64,000 nt of DNA, from the NCBI GenBank assembly GCA_964367355.1, contig CAYIWY010000005.1, positions 19,133 through 83,132 of the forward strand, given 5' to 3'. Below, piece after piece: positions 1 through 8,629 of this stretch (positions are counted from its first letter, which is position 1; the number at the start of each line of letters is the position of its first letter). Source of the DNA: an uncultured Gammaproteobacteria bacterium. Lineage in GTDB: Bacteria; Patescibacteriota; Microgenomatia; Woykebacterales; RBG-16-39-9b. The notes under the pieces were generated by a model. The model searched no databases. It was not told where the DNA came from and saw only the letters and a list, made by a program, of their open reading frames with translations. The position numbers and the translations under genes are program-made.

Positions 1-126
1 TCATAAGCCTTAATTTTACCGATTCAGGAATAAAAAAACCAGGGGAAAAGTTTTATCCCCTGGTCTGCATCTCAGAACTTGCACGTTCATGTCTCCCTCC
101 TTGACACTATTTCTATAATGGAGCAA

Positions 127-480
127 TTAGGAGTTTCCTATCGATATAACCGATCGTTTCAAGAACCTGGTTAAGTTACGCAAATGCTCCTGATAAACCT
201 GCAATGCTTTTTCGCCGTTTCGCGTCATGCGGTAGAAACGCACTTGTCTTCCCGACCCTGGGTTTTTTGCAAATCTAGAGTACAGATAACCCTGTTCCTC
301 AAGACTTTGTAAATCTCTCGATTCGTTAATTTTACTCGAAACGAACTGGTTCCAAGCCAATAGTTTTGGCAACTGCTTTACGTAGACTCGACCATGTTCT
401 TGGACAGTGCGAAGTACAACCGCTTCCCATTCTCTTAGCAATATACTCACCTTTCTCCCTTTTTGTTCCTTTTCGCACAT
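127..480 (-). CDS. PadR-family winged-helix transcriptional regulator
   Basis: 117 aa; motif YLYSRFAKNPGSGRQVRFYRMTRNGEKAL typical of PadR. Confidence 0.55.
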   Translation of the reverse strand: MCEKEQKGRKVSILLREWEAVVLRTVQEHGRVYVKQLPKLLAWNQFVSSKINESRDLQSLEEQGYLYSRFAKNPGSGRQVRFYRMTRNGEKALQVYQEHLRNLTRFLKRSVISIGNS

Positions 481-558
481 TATACAAAATAAAAAGAGAA
501 ATGTAAACTATGGGATAAAAAGAAGACCAGAGGAAGAGATTTTCCTCTGGTTTGTTTG

Positions 559-924
559 CTATCTGAGAGGCTTTGAAAAGAAAAATCGGTTCAAAAAACC
601 TTTTGGTTTTTTCTCCTCTTCTCGCCTGAGACGCAGTAGTTCCTCATGTCCTTTAGGTGTGAGGGTATACAAACGCAAGCGCTTGTAATTTTCATCTGGT
701 GTTTCCACCCACTCGCCAGAGATTAAACTCAAACGCTCCAATTTGTGAAGAACTTTGTAAAGAGTGCCTACTCCAACAATTGACCGACGCTGCCACCAGT
801 GTTGGTGACGGTTGTCTAGTTTACGTCGCAACTCAATACCAATACCTATGTCGAATCCAGTTCGGGGAACATGAACGAAATCAAGTACCTCAAGGGCCAA
901 AGCTTCAATGCTATTTGGCTTCAC
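559..924 (-). CDS. PadR-family transcriptional regulator (paralog of upstream gene)
   Basis: 121 aa; GTLYKVLHKLERLSLISGEWV...YKRLRLYTLTPKG. Confidence 0.55.
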   Translation of the reverse strand: MKPNSIEALALEVLDFVHVPRTGFDIGIGIELRRKLDNRHQHWWQRRSIVGVGTLYKVLHKLERLSLISGEWVETPDENYKRLRLYTLTPKGHEELLRLRREEEKKPKGFLNRFFFSKPLR

Positions 925-1194
925 TTATCTCCTCCTTCTAGTTGAACTGATTTTGCGACTTTATTGCTCGCATTTTATCATAACTCGCCAATTTTTGCTT
1001 TATTAACTGTTTTTTTAAAATCCCAATCGGTTTGTCATAATTTTCTCTGTCTCCTGGGTATGGTGTACCGTCTTTATCGCTGTGAAATGGAAGTGAAGCA
1101 TTACCAACGCGCAGAGTAATAAGTAAACCAAAATAAAGACGAAAAACAATTAGGACTTTGCTGTATAATAGGCCTTTGTTTAGGAGGTGAGGTT

Positions 1195-1743
1195 TTGACA
1201 ACCTGGATGAGTCTGGATAGACCTGGTTACTTAGGAGCTTTTCGCGATCAGAGAGTTGCTGAATGGAATGAAAAATTCGGAGTCGGTAATTGGCGTTTGG
1301 GGTGGGTGGTCAATGGTTTGGCGCTGAATTTTCTTGGTGCCTGTGCTCTCTACGAGGACGCTTACTTTGAATTTTTGCGTACTCATTGGGATATCCTACG
1401 AGAACTTTGCTCAGCAGCCCGCGAGGTTTATGATGATGCTGAGAGTAACGTAGGTTCTGGTTTGGATTACACCAAACAAGAAACGGAACACACCCACATT
1501 CAGGATATAGCCATTAGGCGTGCTTTAGTCAGATTAGGAGTAGGTTTTACTGGAAGCGAACTCGTTCAGATCAGGGGTGACGTAGGGTCTCACCCGCTTA
1601 GTAAAAGGCTTTCTCCGGGGGTAATTCCTTTCCACCGAAACGATTGGATTTACAGTCCACAATTAAAGGGTTGGTGGAAACCTAGTTCGGTCGAAGCTTT
1701 CTACCAGTCGAATAAATTTTTGCAGTTCAAGGAAGAAACTTAG
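1195..1743 (+). CDS. hypothetical protein (GC-rich island)
   Basis: 182-aa ORF, no recognisable family; followed by hairpin plus T-run terminator at about 1755-1790. Confidence 0.35.
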   Translation: MTTWMSLDRPGYLGAFRDQRVAEWNEKFGVGNWRLGWVVNGLALNFLGACALYEDAYFEFLRTHWDILRELCSAAREVYDDAESNVGSGLDYTKQETEHTHIQDIAIRRALVRLGVGFTGSELVQIRGDVGSHPLSKRLSPGVIPFHRNDWIYSPQLKGWWKPSSVEAFYQSNKFLQFKEET

Positions 1744-1839
1744 TAAAAAGTTAGGGCGACAATGGTTTTTTAAGCCAATGCCGCCCTTTTTTCGGAAGAC
1801 CCCACACTGCAACTGCTCGGGCTTGTTTTTCTATAGCTC

Positions 1840-1868
1840 TTGACAGAACACTATGGGACGTATATAAT
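1840..1868 (+). promoter_or_regulatory. consensus sigma70 promoter: TTGACA, 17-nt spacer, TATAAT
   Basis: ttgaca 1840-1845, 17-nt spacer, tataat 1863-1868; downstream are only small hydrophobic ORFs (15 aa at 1912-1959; 41 aa MTNHKFETIEIIAAFVGALAGTFLGVVVSAEAVFLFLTRFG at 2010-2135). Confidence 0.45.
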
Positions 1869-2122
1869 AATGCAGCTGCTGTTAAACTACTTCCGAAAAC
1901 AGGGTTTGCAGATGAAAAAAATTACAATTTTAACCTTCTTCTGTTTGTTAGTTTACTAGCCTCTGGATTGGATTTGTACTTAGTCTCAGGGAAAATCGAA
2001 AAGGGAGCATATGACAAACCATAAGTTCGAAACAATCGAAATAATTGCTGCTTTTGTCGGCGCTCTCGCCGGGACTTTTCTTGGGGTTGTTGTTTCTGCC
2101 GAAGCTGTGTTTTTGTTTCTGA

Positions 2123-3100
2123 CTAGGTTTGGCTAAGTTTGACCCGATACCCTTTTTTAGTTTTAGCAATAAATTCGTTAATCTCATTACTAAACGTTGG
2201 TATTAAACTTGTTAAGGGTTTGGTTGTCTCCCCAACTTTCACCAGTGGGTCGATATAGCGTACTTTCCCGCGGGTTTCATAATCATAATCTTCCTCGTTA
2301 AATTTCACATCTAGTTTTGGGTTTAATAGTTTTAATAATCTTTGAATATTTTGATCATCGCTCTTTTTTATTTTTTCCATGACAGTTTCATCAGTCGTAA
2401 ATAAATCATTTTCAACCAAAATTCCTTTGGAAAAACAATCTCTAATTAACTCACCCATCAATTCAAATGTAGCCAAGGTTTTCGGTGCATTATAGGAATT
2501 TGAAGCCTGGTTCATAAAATCACGGGCGAATTTTAATGCAACAAGTTGGTTTTTAATCGCGAAGATTTTGTTAACCACGACAAGGTTAGTTAGAATTTGA
2601 TCAACGTTTTTTGGACTGTAAGTTTTGTCACCGACCATGTCACGTAAAATATAATCAATACGGTCAGCACAAAGATTGGGAATTGGTTGTTCAAGCAGAC
2701 TAAAATGTTCGTCGTTGGTAACAAATTCGGGATCGATATTGTATTTCTTTAATATAGCCGGAATTTCTGATTCAAAGACGATTTTTTGTAAAAACCGTTC
2801 ATGGTAAACTTGGCTTTCCCCTTCTTTAAAAACAAAATCAACTGCATGTGAGAAGGCTGTGTGGGGAACATCGTGTAGTAAACCGCCGATTTGTTCTTCG
2901 ATGGATGCATCGTATTTGCGAAGTAGTATCAGGACGCCGACACAATGGTCATAGCGGGTACTGGTTCGGTGCGGTTCAACCAATTGTGTGCCGGCTTGAT
3001 TAACCTTCTTAATTCGTTGCAGTGGTTTGGAATTGATTAGTTCGACCAAAACTGGTTCATTGATTTCTGCCCTGCCATAGACTAGGTCATTAAATTGCAT
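2123..3100 (-). CDS. HD-domain phosphohydrolase, dGTPase/SAMHD1-like dNTP triphosphohydrolase
   Basis: 325 aa; motifs RYDHCVGV, LLHDVPHTAFSH, CADRIDYILRD (H..HD..H..D.D pattern of dNTPase family). Confidence 0.6.
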   Translation of the reverse strand: MQFNDLVYGRAEINEPVLVELINSKPLQRIKKVNQAGTQLVEPHRTSTRYDHCVGVLILLRKYDASIEEQIGGLLHDVPHTAFSHAVDFVFKEGESQVYHERFLQKIVFESEIPAILKKYNIDPEFVTNDEHFSLLEQPIPNLCADRIDYILRDMVGDKTYSPKNVDQILTNLVVVNKIFAIKNQLVALKFARDFMNQASNSYNAPKTLATFELMGELIRDCFSKGILVENDLFTTDETVMEKIKKSDDQNIQRLLKLLNPKLDVKFNEEDYDYETRGKVRYIDPLVKVGETTKPLTSLIPTFSNEINEFIAKTKKGYRVKLSQT

Positions 3101-3142
3101 TGAATCAGTTTAGCAAAAAAACTCAAAAAAATCCCGACTTGG

Positions 3143-3391
3143 TTAAATCGGGATTTTTAATTTCTTCATCTCCCTTTCGATGTATTTAGTTCGAGTCCGG
3201 CTTGGATAACTGTTCTCACACTCTTGTTTGTCAACACAGTCAGTGAAGTCGGGGTAATTAGCAGGCGTATTACCTTCACACACAAGGCAAGGTAACAGGA
3301 TACTTTTGCCTCTTAGGCCTGCCCCCTCCACTATATGTACTCCCGCTCGACCGCAACACCAACAGGGTTGGCCTTGGTGGGTACGGCTCAT
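3143..3391 (-). CDS. small Cys-rich hypothetical protein
   Basis: 82 aa with CWCC...CLVCEG...C..C. Confidence 0.3.
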   Translation of the reverse strand: MSRTHQGQPCWCCGRAGVHIVEGAGLRGKSILLPCLVCEGNTPANYPDFTDCVDKQECENSYPSRTRTKYIEREMKKLKIPI

Positions 3392-3429
3392 CTCACCTCC
3401 TCTTGTTTGAATGTTTGGATTATACAGTA

Positions 3430-3945
3430 TTAGTCGGAGATTTCAATCTTATTGCCAATCTCAACAGTGTTTTTTTCAGAAAACCCAGCGTTTACTTCCA
3501 GAACGTTGGTTACTTCTTTTGGAGATCTGAAGGTTGGAATATTATTCGGGTCTTTGGTAACAGGGCAGTTTTTGTCGATTCCAACTATTACTCCTCTATC
3601 AATCCAGATAATATCGATCGGAAAACGCATATCTTTCATCCAGAAAGTCGAAAAATCCCTGACAGGAAGTTCAAAGTACATACCAAAACCAATCTCAAGG
3701 GTACTTCTATTTGAGAGCCCTAAAGAAAGTTCTTGTCCGTAACTAGCAACTTCTACAGTTAGTTTAATTGGTTTTTTATCGCTTGAACTACTTAGTATCT
3801 CAGCTTGTTTTCTCTTTAGGCCACTGTTTCTGATTGGTGTCTCAGATTGTTGCAGCGCACTAAAAATTACTGCAAAAATCAAGGCAATGCAGATAAAAAT
3901 TACAAAATATTTCAATTTAAAAAGTTTCTCCAAGTAATATTTCAC
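3430..3945 (-). CDS. DUF192-family protein with N-terminal signal/TM
   Basis: 171 aa; FWMKDMRFPIDIIWID matches DUF192 (COG1430) core. Confidence 0.55.
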   Translation of the reverse strand: MKYYLEKLFKLKYFVIFICIALIFAVIFSALQQSETPIRNSGLKRKQAEILSSSSDKKPIKLTVEVASYGQELSLGLSNRSTLEIGFGMYFELPVRDFSTFWMKDMRFPIDIIWIDRGVIVGIDKNCPVTKDPNNIPTFRSPKEVTNVLEVNAGFSEKNTVEIGNKIEISD

Positions 3946-3968
3946 TTGAATTATAGTAATATCATTTC

Positions 3969-4544
3969 ATGGATAAAAAGACTATACGATATTTAATTTT
4001 AGGGTTAATTTTCTTGTTCTCAATTGTTTTTTCTTATTTTAATGATAATCAAAAAAATCCAAGTTCGAAATCAACCACTTCAGGTGTATCTCAAGTTACT
4101 GATAAACAAACTTATTTAGTTACCAAAGTCGTTGATGGTGATACGATTGAAATTGAGGGTGGGCAGAAAGTTCGCTATATCGGGATTGATACTCCAGAAA
4201 CAGTTGATCCAAGAAGACTGATCGGTTGTTTTGGCAAGGAGGCCTCGGCGAAAAATAAAGAATTAGTTTTAGGCAAAAAAGTGCGGTTAGAAAAAGATAT
4301 TTCCGAAACTGATAAATATGGGCGGCTGCTGCGCTACGTTTATTTACCTGCCGACAAGGCAGGTGTTGGTGATAGTTTTATTAACAAGTATTTGGTAGCA
4401 GAGGGTTTTGCCAAAGCTTCTTCTTATCCGCCGGACATTAAATATCAGGAAATATTTCGTGCTACTGAGAAGTCCGCGCGTGAAAGTAAAAAGGGTTTGT
4501 GGGGAAGATGTTTTTCAGGTAATTTGCAGTTTGTTCTAGTTTGA
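3969..4544 (+). CDS. secreted thermonuclease (staphylococcal nuclease-like, SNase fold)
   Basis: 191 aa; N-terminal TM/signal; VVDGDTIEI...VRYIGIDTPE hallmark of micrococcal-nuclease family. Confidence 0.75.
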   Translation: MDKKTIRYLILGLIFLFSIVFSYFNDNQKNPSSKSTTSGVSQVTDKQTYLVTKVVDGDTIEIEGGQKVRYIGIDTPETVDPRRLIGCFGKEASAKNKELVLGKKVRLEKDISETDKYGRLLRYVYLPADKAGVGDSFINKYLVAEGFAKASSYPPDIKYQEIFRATEKSARESKKGLWGRCFSGNLQFVLV

Positions 4545-4552
4545 CTCTCTTG

Positions 4553-4568
4553 ACTTGTTCGGACAAGT
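4553..4568. promoter_or_regulatory. perfect 16-nt palindrome ACTTGTTCGGACAAGT overlapping the -35/spacer of the dinB promoter (-35 ttgact 4550-4555, -10 tataat 4575-4580); candidate repressor operator
   Basis: palindrome read directly; position typical of SOS-type operator. Confidence 0.35.
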
Positions 4569-4586
4569 TTCGGGTATAATATATAT

Positions 4587-5804
4587 ATGATTGCCCGAGC
4601 TTCCTGGATGCATTTGGACATGGATTGTTTCTTTGCATCGGTAGAAATTAAATTAAATCCGTCTCTCAAGGGTAAACCGGTTGTGGTTGGCGGTGTTAAT
4701 CCCCAGGGGAAAAATGTTCCCCGCGGTGTGATTGCCACTGCTTCTTACGAAGCCCGTAAATTCGGTTGTAAGAGTGGTATGCCGCTCTTTAAAGCACTGC
4801 AGCTTTGTCCGGATGCAATCGTCGTTGGTGGGCACTACGAGGATTACATCGATTGTTCTGACCAGGTGATGCAGATCGCTGCAAGATACGCTCCCAAAGT
4901 CGAGCAGATCGGTATTGATGAGGCTTTTTTAGATTTCTCAAATACTGAAATACTTTACCCCGATTTAAGAATAGTTGCTGAAAAAATTCGGGCTGATATT
5001 AAAAAAGAAATCGGGATAACCGCTTCGATTGGCCTAGCGGCAACTAAAGTCGCGGCTAAAGTTGGCAGCGATTTTAATAAACCGGATGGTTTTACTTATG
5101 TTAAGGAGGGAACAGAAAAATCATTTCTCGCTCCCCTACCACTACGTGATTTACCTGGGATTGGCTATAAAATGGAAGAATATTTCCACAACCTTGGAGT
5201 GACAACTTTAGGACAATTAGCCGCTGTACCTTTCAAAAAAATCGAAAACTGGGGCAAGTTTGCCATTAACCTTTGGGAAGCAGCCAATGGTGTTGACAAC
5301 ATTTGGTTTCATCCCAGTGCAACAGTGAAATCAATTTCCAGAAGCGAAACTTTTTATAAAGATACGCCGGATGAAAATTTTATTTTGGCAATGCTAAGAA
5401 AGTTAACTGAAAGTGTTGGAACCGAAGCTAGGGCTGAGGGTTATTTCGGTCGAACGGTCCACCTCACGATTCGCTACAAAGATTTTCGGACGGTTTCCCG
5501 CCAGCGCGTCCTGACTAAACCAACCAATGTCACCAAAGAGATTTACGATCTTGGGGAAATTTTATTAAAAGAACTTTGGGACAGCAAAACTCCGTTGCGT
5601 TTGGTGGGAATTGGTTTAACTCAGTTTGGTAGTGAAATAACTCAACTGTCTTTGTTTGACCAAGCTCATGACAAGCGGTTGGAACTGGAGAAACGCATCG
5701 ATTGTTTAAGAAAGAAGTATGGTATGCAAGCCGTTAATCCTCTTGCCTTGTTATATTTAGATCCGAGTGTCAGACAATTTAAGGGTAAAGCGTTTTATAC
5801 TTGA
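4587..5804 (+). CDS. dinB: DNA polymerase IV (Y-family)
   Basis: 405 aa; MHLDMDCFFASVE start motif and overall Y-family pattern. Confidence 0.9.
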   Translation: MIARASWMHLDMDCFFASVEIKLNPSLKGKPVVVGGVNPQGKNVPRGVIATASYEARKFGCKSGMPLFKALQLCPDAIVVGGHYEDYIDCSDQVMQIAARYAPKVEQIGIDEAFLDFSNTEILYPDLRIVAEKIRADIKKEIGITASIGLAATKVAAKVGSDFNKPDGFTYVKEGTEKSFLAPLPLRDLPGIGYKMEEYFHNLGVTTLGQLAAVPFKKIENWGKFAINLWEAANGVDNIWFHPSATVKSISRSETFYKDTPDENFILAMLRKLTESVGTEARAEGYFGRTVHLTIRYKDFRTVSRQRVLTKPTNVTKEIYDLGEILLKELWDSKTPLRLVGIGLTQFGSEITQLSLFDQAHDKRLELEKRIDCLRKKYGMQAVNPLALLYLDPSVRQFKGKAFYT

Positions 5805-5844
5805 CTACTCGAACCAGAACAATCTAATATAACCTATATTACAA

Positions 5845-6438
5845 GTGTCTGACACAAGTGTGAGAAATAATAGAAATTTTCAAATAAATTCTGTTCACCA
5901 CCTTATTACAAAAGGCAATAACCAAGATATATTTCTTGACGATCGTGATTTCAACCGGTATATCTTTAGCCTAAGGAAATTTTCTAAGAGATTAAGTGTA
6001 AGGATCTTAGCCTTTTGTTTAATGCCAAACCATGTTCATATACTTGCCAGGCAAGATTCGGAAATAAGCTTATCTAAATTTATGCAGACTCTTTCCACTG
6101 CATATGCCAACTATTTCAATACTCGCTACAAGCGACAGGGCCATCTTTTCGAAGCTAGATTCAAGAATATTGAGGTTACTACCGATGAATATTTAATTCA
6201 CTTGAGCAGATACATTCATCTCAACCCCTCTAGTTCCCAAATAGTGCAAAGTCCGCAGCATTATAAATGGGGTAGTTACAAGCACTATTTAGGGAATGGT
6301 AGTTTAGATTTTATTGACGAGAGAATTATTCTTGCTTATTTTTCCAAAGACAATCCCAGAAGGGATTACCAAGAGTTTGTTGAATCAAGAATTGAATATC
6401 AAAAAGACATTAGCTTGCAAAAACTATTACTAGAATGA
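5845..6438 (+). mobile_element. IS200-like Y1 transposase / REP-associated tyrosine transposase (RAYT)
   Basis: 197 aa; LMPNHVHIL...YANYFNTRYKRQGHLFEARF (HUH plus Tyr motifs). GTG start overlaps palindrome GTGTCTGACAC (5846-5856); near-copy GTGTCAGGCAC at 6453-6463 downstream. Confidence 0.7.
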
Positions 6439-6491
6439 ACTTATAGTTCAAGTGTCAGGCACCCGATTCTAAATGTATTTGAAAAATTGAG

Positions 6492-6527
6492 AAAAAAAAG
6501 AGCTCAACACATGGGTGTGGTGAGCTC
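6492..6527 (-). terminator. strong rho-independent terminator oriented for minus-strand transcription
   Basis: hairpin gagctcaacacatgggtgtggtgagctc (7-bp stem) preceded on plus strand by A8, which is U8 after the hairpin on the minus strand. Confidence 0.6.
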
Positions 6528-7682
6528 TGGGGGCTAGGTACTACATCTCTCTACTCTCCTCTGGTTTTGTCCTCAGCAGTCGAAACTGTTGAAGCCTTTG
6601 GTTAAATCTGCGGCAGGAGCTGACTTATTAAATTAAAGCTTTGCTCATAACTGCCGCCGTAGTTAACAATTGGTGAGGGTCAACTTCTCAGAACTGTCAC
6701 TCTGAAAAGCCCATGCCATTTCGCTGGTGATGAAATGGACCGCTCTGCGATGGATAACTACTTCCGGAAACGGGCGTTTTACCCTTGGCCAAGAAGCTGC
6801 GAGTGAAGTGAACCCTAGGAGTACACTTACCGTTCACTTGCATCAAATCCACTTTTTTGTTAAAGACACCATCGATCGCCAGGGTCACTGGAGTCGAATA
6901 GTGCTACTCCCATCCTGCTAACAGCTCGCAGAAGTGAAGCTAAATTTGTGCCGTATGTTTTCGACATCCCACCAACGTGAGTCTATCTCAACACTTAAGA
7001 ACCTCGCAGTCCCGGTTGCGGCACCAACCAGAATCCAAACACTCCTAAGGTCCAGTTCCCAGATCACGAGGACTAGGTTGACTTCCCTTTTAACGCTCTT
7101 GACGACCATTTTTCAGATCAAGCGTCGGAGTGAAGGAAACCAAAAGTTAAGTCGACAGCCGCTCGTCATTATTACCCTGCATTGTGATCGAAACCACTTT
7201 GCTAGGCCGCAAGAGATGACTTGGCGTTAGAACTCTTTGCGTTTTTTACACTGTCGACTCCCGCAAGCAGATCCGAAGACCTGATTGTAGGTTTTGGATC
7301 GCCGAGGTGAAGGTTGACTAACACGTTGGGGCCCCGCTGTTGAGCGCTTATCCCACTTCACACCTTCGGCGAACTATGAACCAGGATGACCATCGAAGAC
7401 ACGAAGGTCCGCGACGGTTCTGTCCCGGTAGCAAAATTAACCCGGTCAGTTGGTTTGTCCCTTTCTCAGCTCGCGAAGCCAAGAAAGAGCTCCTGGTAAT
7501 CGCGGCCGCGAATATCCAAGAGGGGTGTCTAGAGTCTTGCAATTGTGCAAGTACTCAACCAACCAAAAAGACACTCCTGGAAAAAAGACCGGGTCCCCCT
7601 GCGCAGAGGAACTTGTCGCTAAAATGTTAGAAACAAATTTCTCCGCACAAAGGTTTTTTCTTACTTCATTTTTTAAAGTACG
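6492..7682 (-). ncRNA. candidate large (about 1.2 kb) structured non-coding RNA, unknown family
   Basis: 50-57% GC versus about 37% in flanking genes. No ORF longer than 98 aa on either strand; the small ORFs overlap on both strands. Bounded by a consensus promoter (7689-7717, minus) and the terminator at 6492-6527. Many local stems, e.g. gagtacttgcacaattgcaagactc and cgcggccgcg. Confidence 0.35.
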
Positions 7683-7688
7683 TTTTTC

Positions 7689-7717
7689 TTTATAACACAT
7701 TTGGCAAGAAATGTCAA
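7689..7717 (-). promoter_or_regulatory. minus-strand sigma70 promoter TTGACA, 17-nt spacer, TATAAA
   Basis: plus strand tttata 7689-7694 and tgtcaa 7712-7717, exactly 17 nt apart. Confidence 0.5.
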
Positions 7718-8037
7718 GATACTATGAGTCTGAATTACTTTTTTGGAAAAGTAATCAAAAACTTTTGCCTTGCTTGTGCTGCTAAAGAAATTCAAGTCGC
7801 TCGTATACGTCGACAACTCTCTTCGTTCAAACACGTCCGACTTAATATCTCGCTTGTTGAATTTATTTTTAACGCTGCTCGCAACGGCAATTTTTTCTGC
7901 GCTGACCTCTTTTGAAGTATTCTACTAATTTAACTGCGATTGGAAAAATTTAAAGGAGAAACCGGCAAATGCTTTTTTAGCAGATGCCGGTTAATTTGCG
8001 AACTGTTTATCAGACTTGTCCATCACTCCCTTCCCTA

Positions 8038-8463
8038 CTAGACTTCCAGTAATTGCGGCGTTACATCCACACGTTCGTTTCTGTTGAGCGGGATGCTGGC
8101 GTCGACGTTGTGCGGGTATTCCAGTCCGCGCTCGAGTATGTGGATGCGTGTTCTGCGAAGCGAGAACGCGTCAACAATCTTGTCGATTGCCGGGAGCTCG
8201 TCGAAGCCCTTGCACGAAAAGATGTCCACCCAAACCTGATTGTGTTCTGGAAATGTGTGGACAGCGATGTGACTTTCGGCGATCAAAACGAAGCCCGAAA
8301 TCCCCCAATCTTCTGGATTAACACCAGCGTACTCAAAGACGTTTGGCACCGAGATCTTGGTCATCCCGATTTCTTCGGGGTAACGGTCGAGAAGGTTGCG
8401 GACTAGTTCCAAGTCCCCGAGTTGCTTTGGGTCTCCTCCGAACCCATCGATCGTAACGTGCAT
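8038..8463 (-). CDS. speH: S-adenosylmethionine decarboxylase proenzyme, SpeH-type (pyruvoyl-dependent)
   Basis: 141 aa; ESHIAVHTFPE self-cleavage/pyruvoyl motif; hairpin terminator downstream at about 7975-8010. Confidence 0.7.
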   Translation of the reverse strand: MHVTIDGFGGDPKQLGDLELVRNLLDRYPEEIGMTKISVPNVFEYAGVNPEDWGISGFVLIAESHIAVHTFPEHNQVWVDIFSCKGFDELPAIDKIVDAFSLRRTRIHILERGLEYPHNVDASIPLNRNERVDVTPQLLEV

Positions 8464-8629
8464 CGGTCTTCTCCTTTCTACTAAAAAAGATCGTAAATTG
8501 AATTATTAAAAAATAAAAAGCTACTTGTCAATACAATGATTTGCAAATTTGAGGCCGTAGAGTTAAAATCTGCTTGTTCTCAACCGGAGAGAGCTGGCTA
8601 GTTCAAAATGGCAGGGCAAGAGAGGTCTT

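Noticed and set aside
1948-2187. 79-aa minus-strand ORF
   Set aside because: It overlaps the HD gene's 3' end and the promoter-driven small plus-strand ORFs. No motifs. Likely spurious.
6900-6960. 5S rRNA-like stretch (CAGAAGTGAAGC versus 5S CAGAAGTGAAAC)
   Set aside because: Only a 12-nt match with no flanking 5S helices. Likely coincidental.
7330-7420. RNase P RNA-like motifs on the minus strand (GGTGTGAAGTGGGATAAGCGCTCAACAG resembling the P10/11 GGUGAAA-GGUGCGGUAAGAGCGCACC region; GACAGAACCG resembling P4 ACAGAAcCCGG)
   Set aside because: The two motifs occur in the wrong 5'-3' order for RNase P. No AGGAAAGUCCGGGC P4 5' strand was found. Left as an unknown-family ncRNA candidate.
6450-7700. 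Decayed tnpB (IS605 partner of the Y1 transposase) explaining the 1.2-kb ORF-free stretch
   Set aside because: None of the ORF fragments show RuvC-I/II/III or CxxC...CxxC remnants. The region has its own minus-strand promoter and terminator, i.e. opposite orientation to tnpA.
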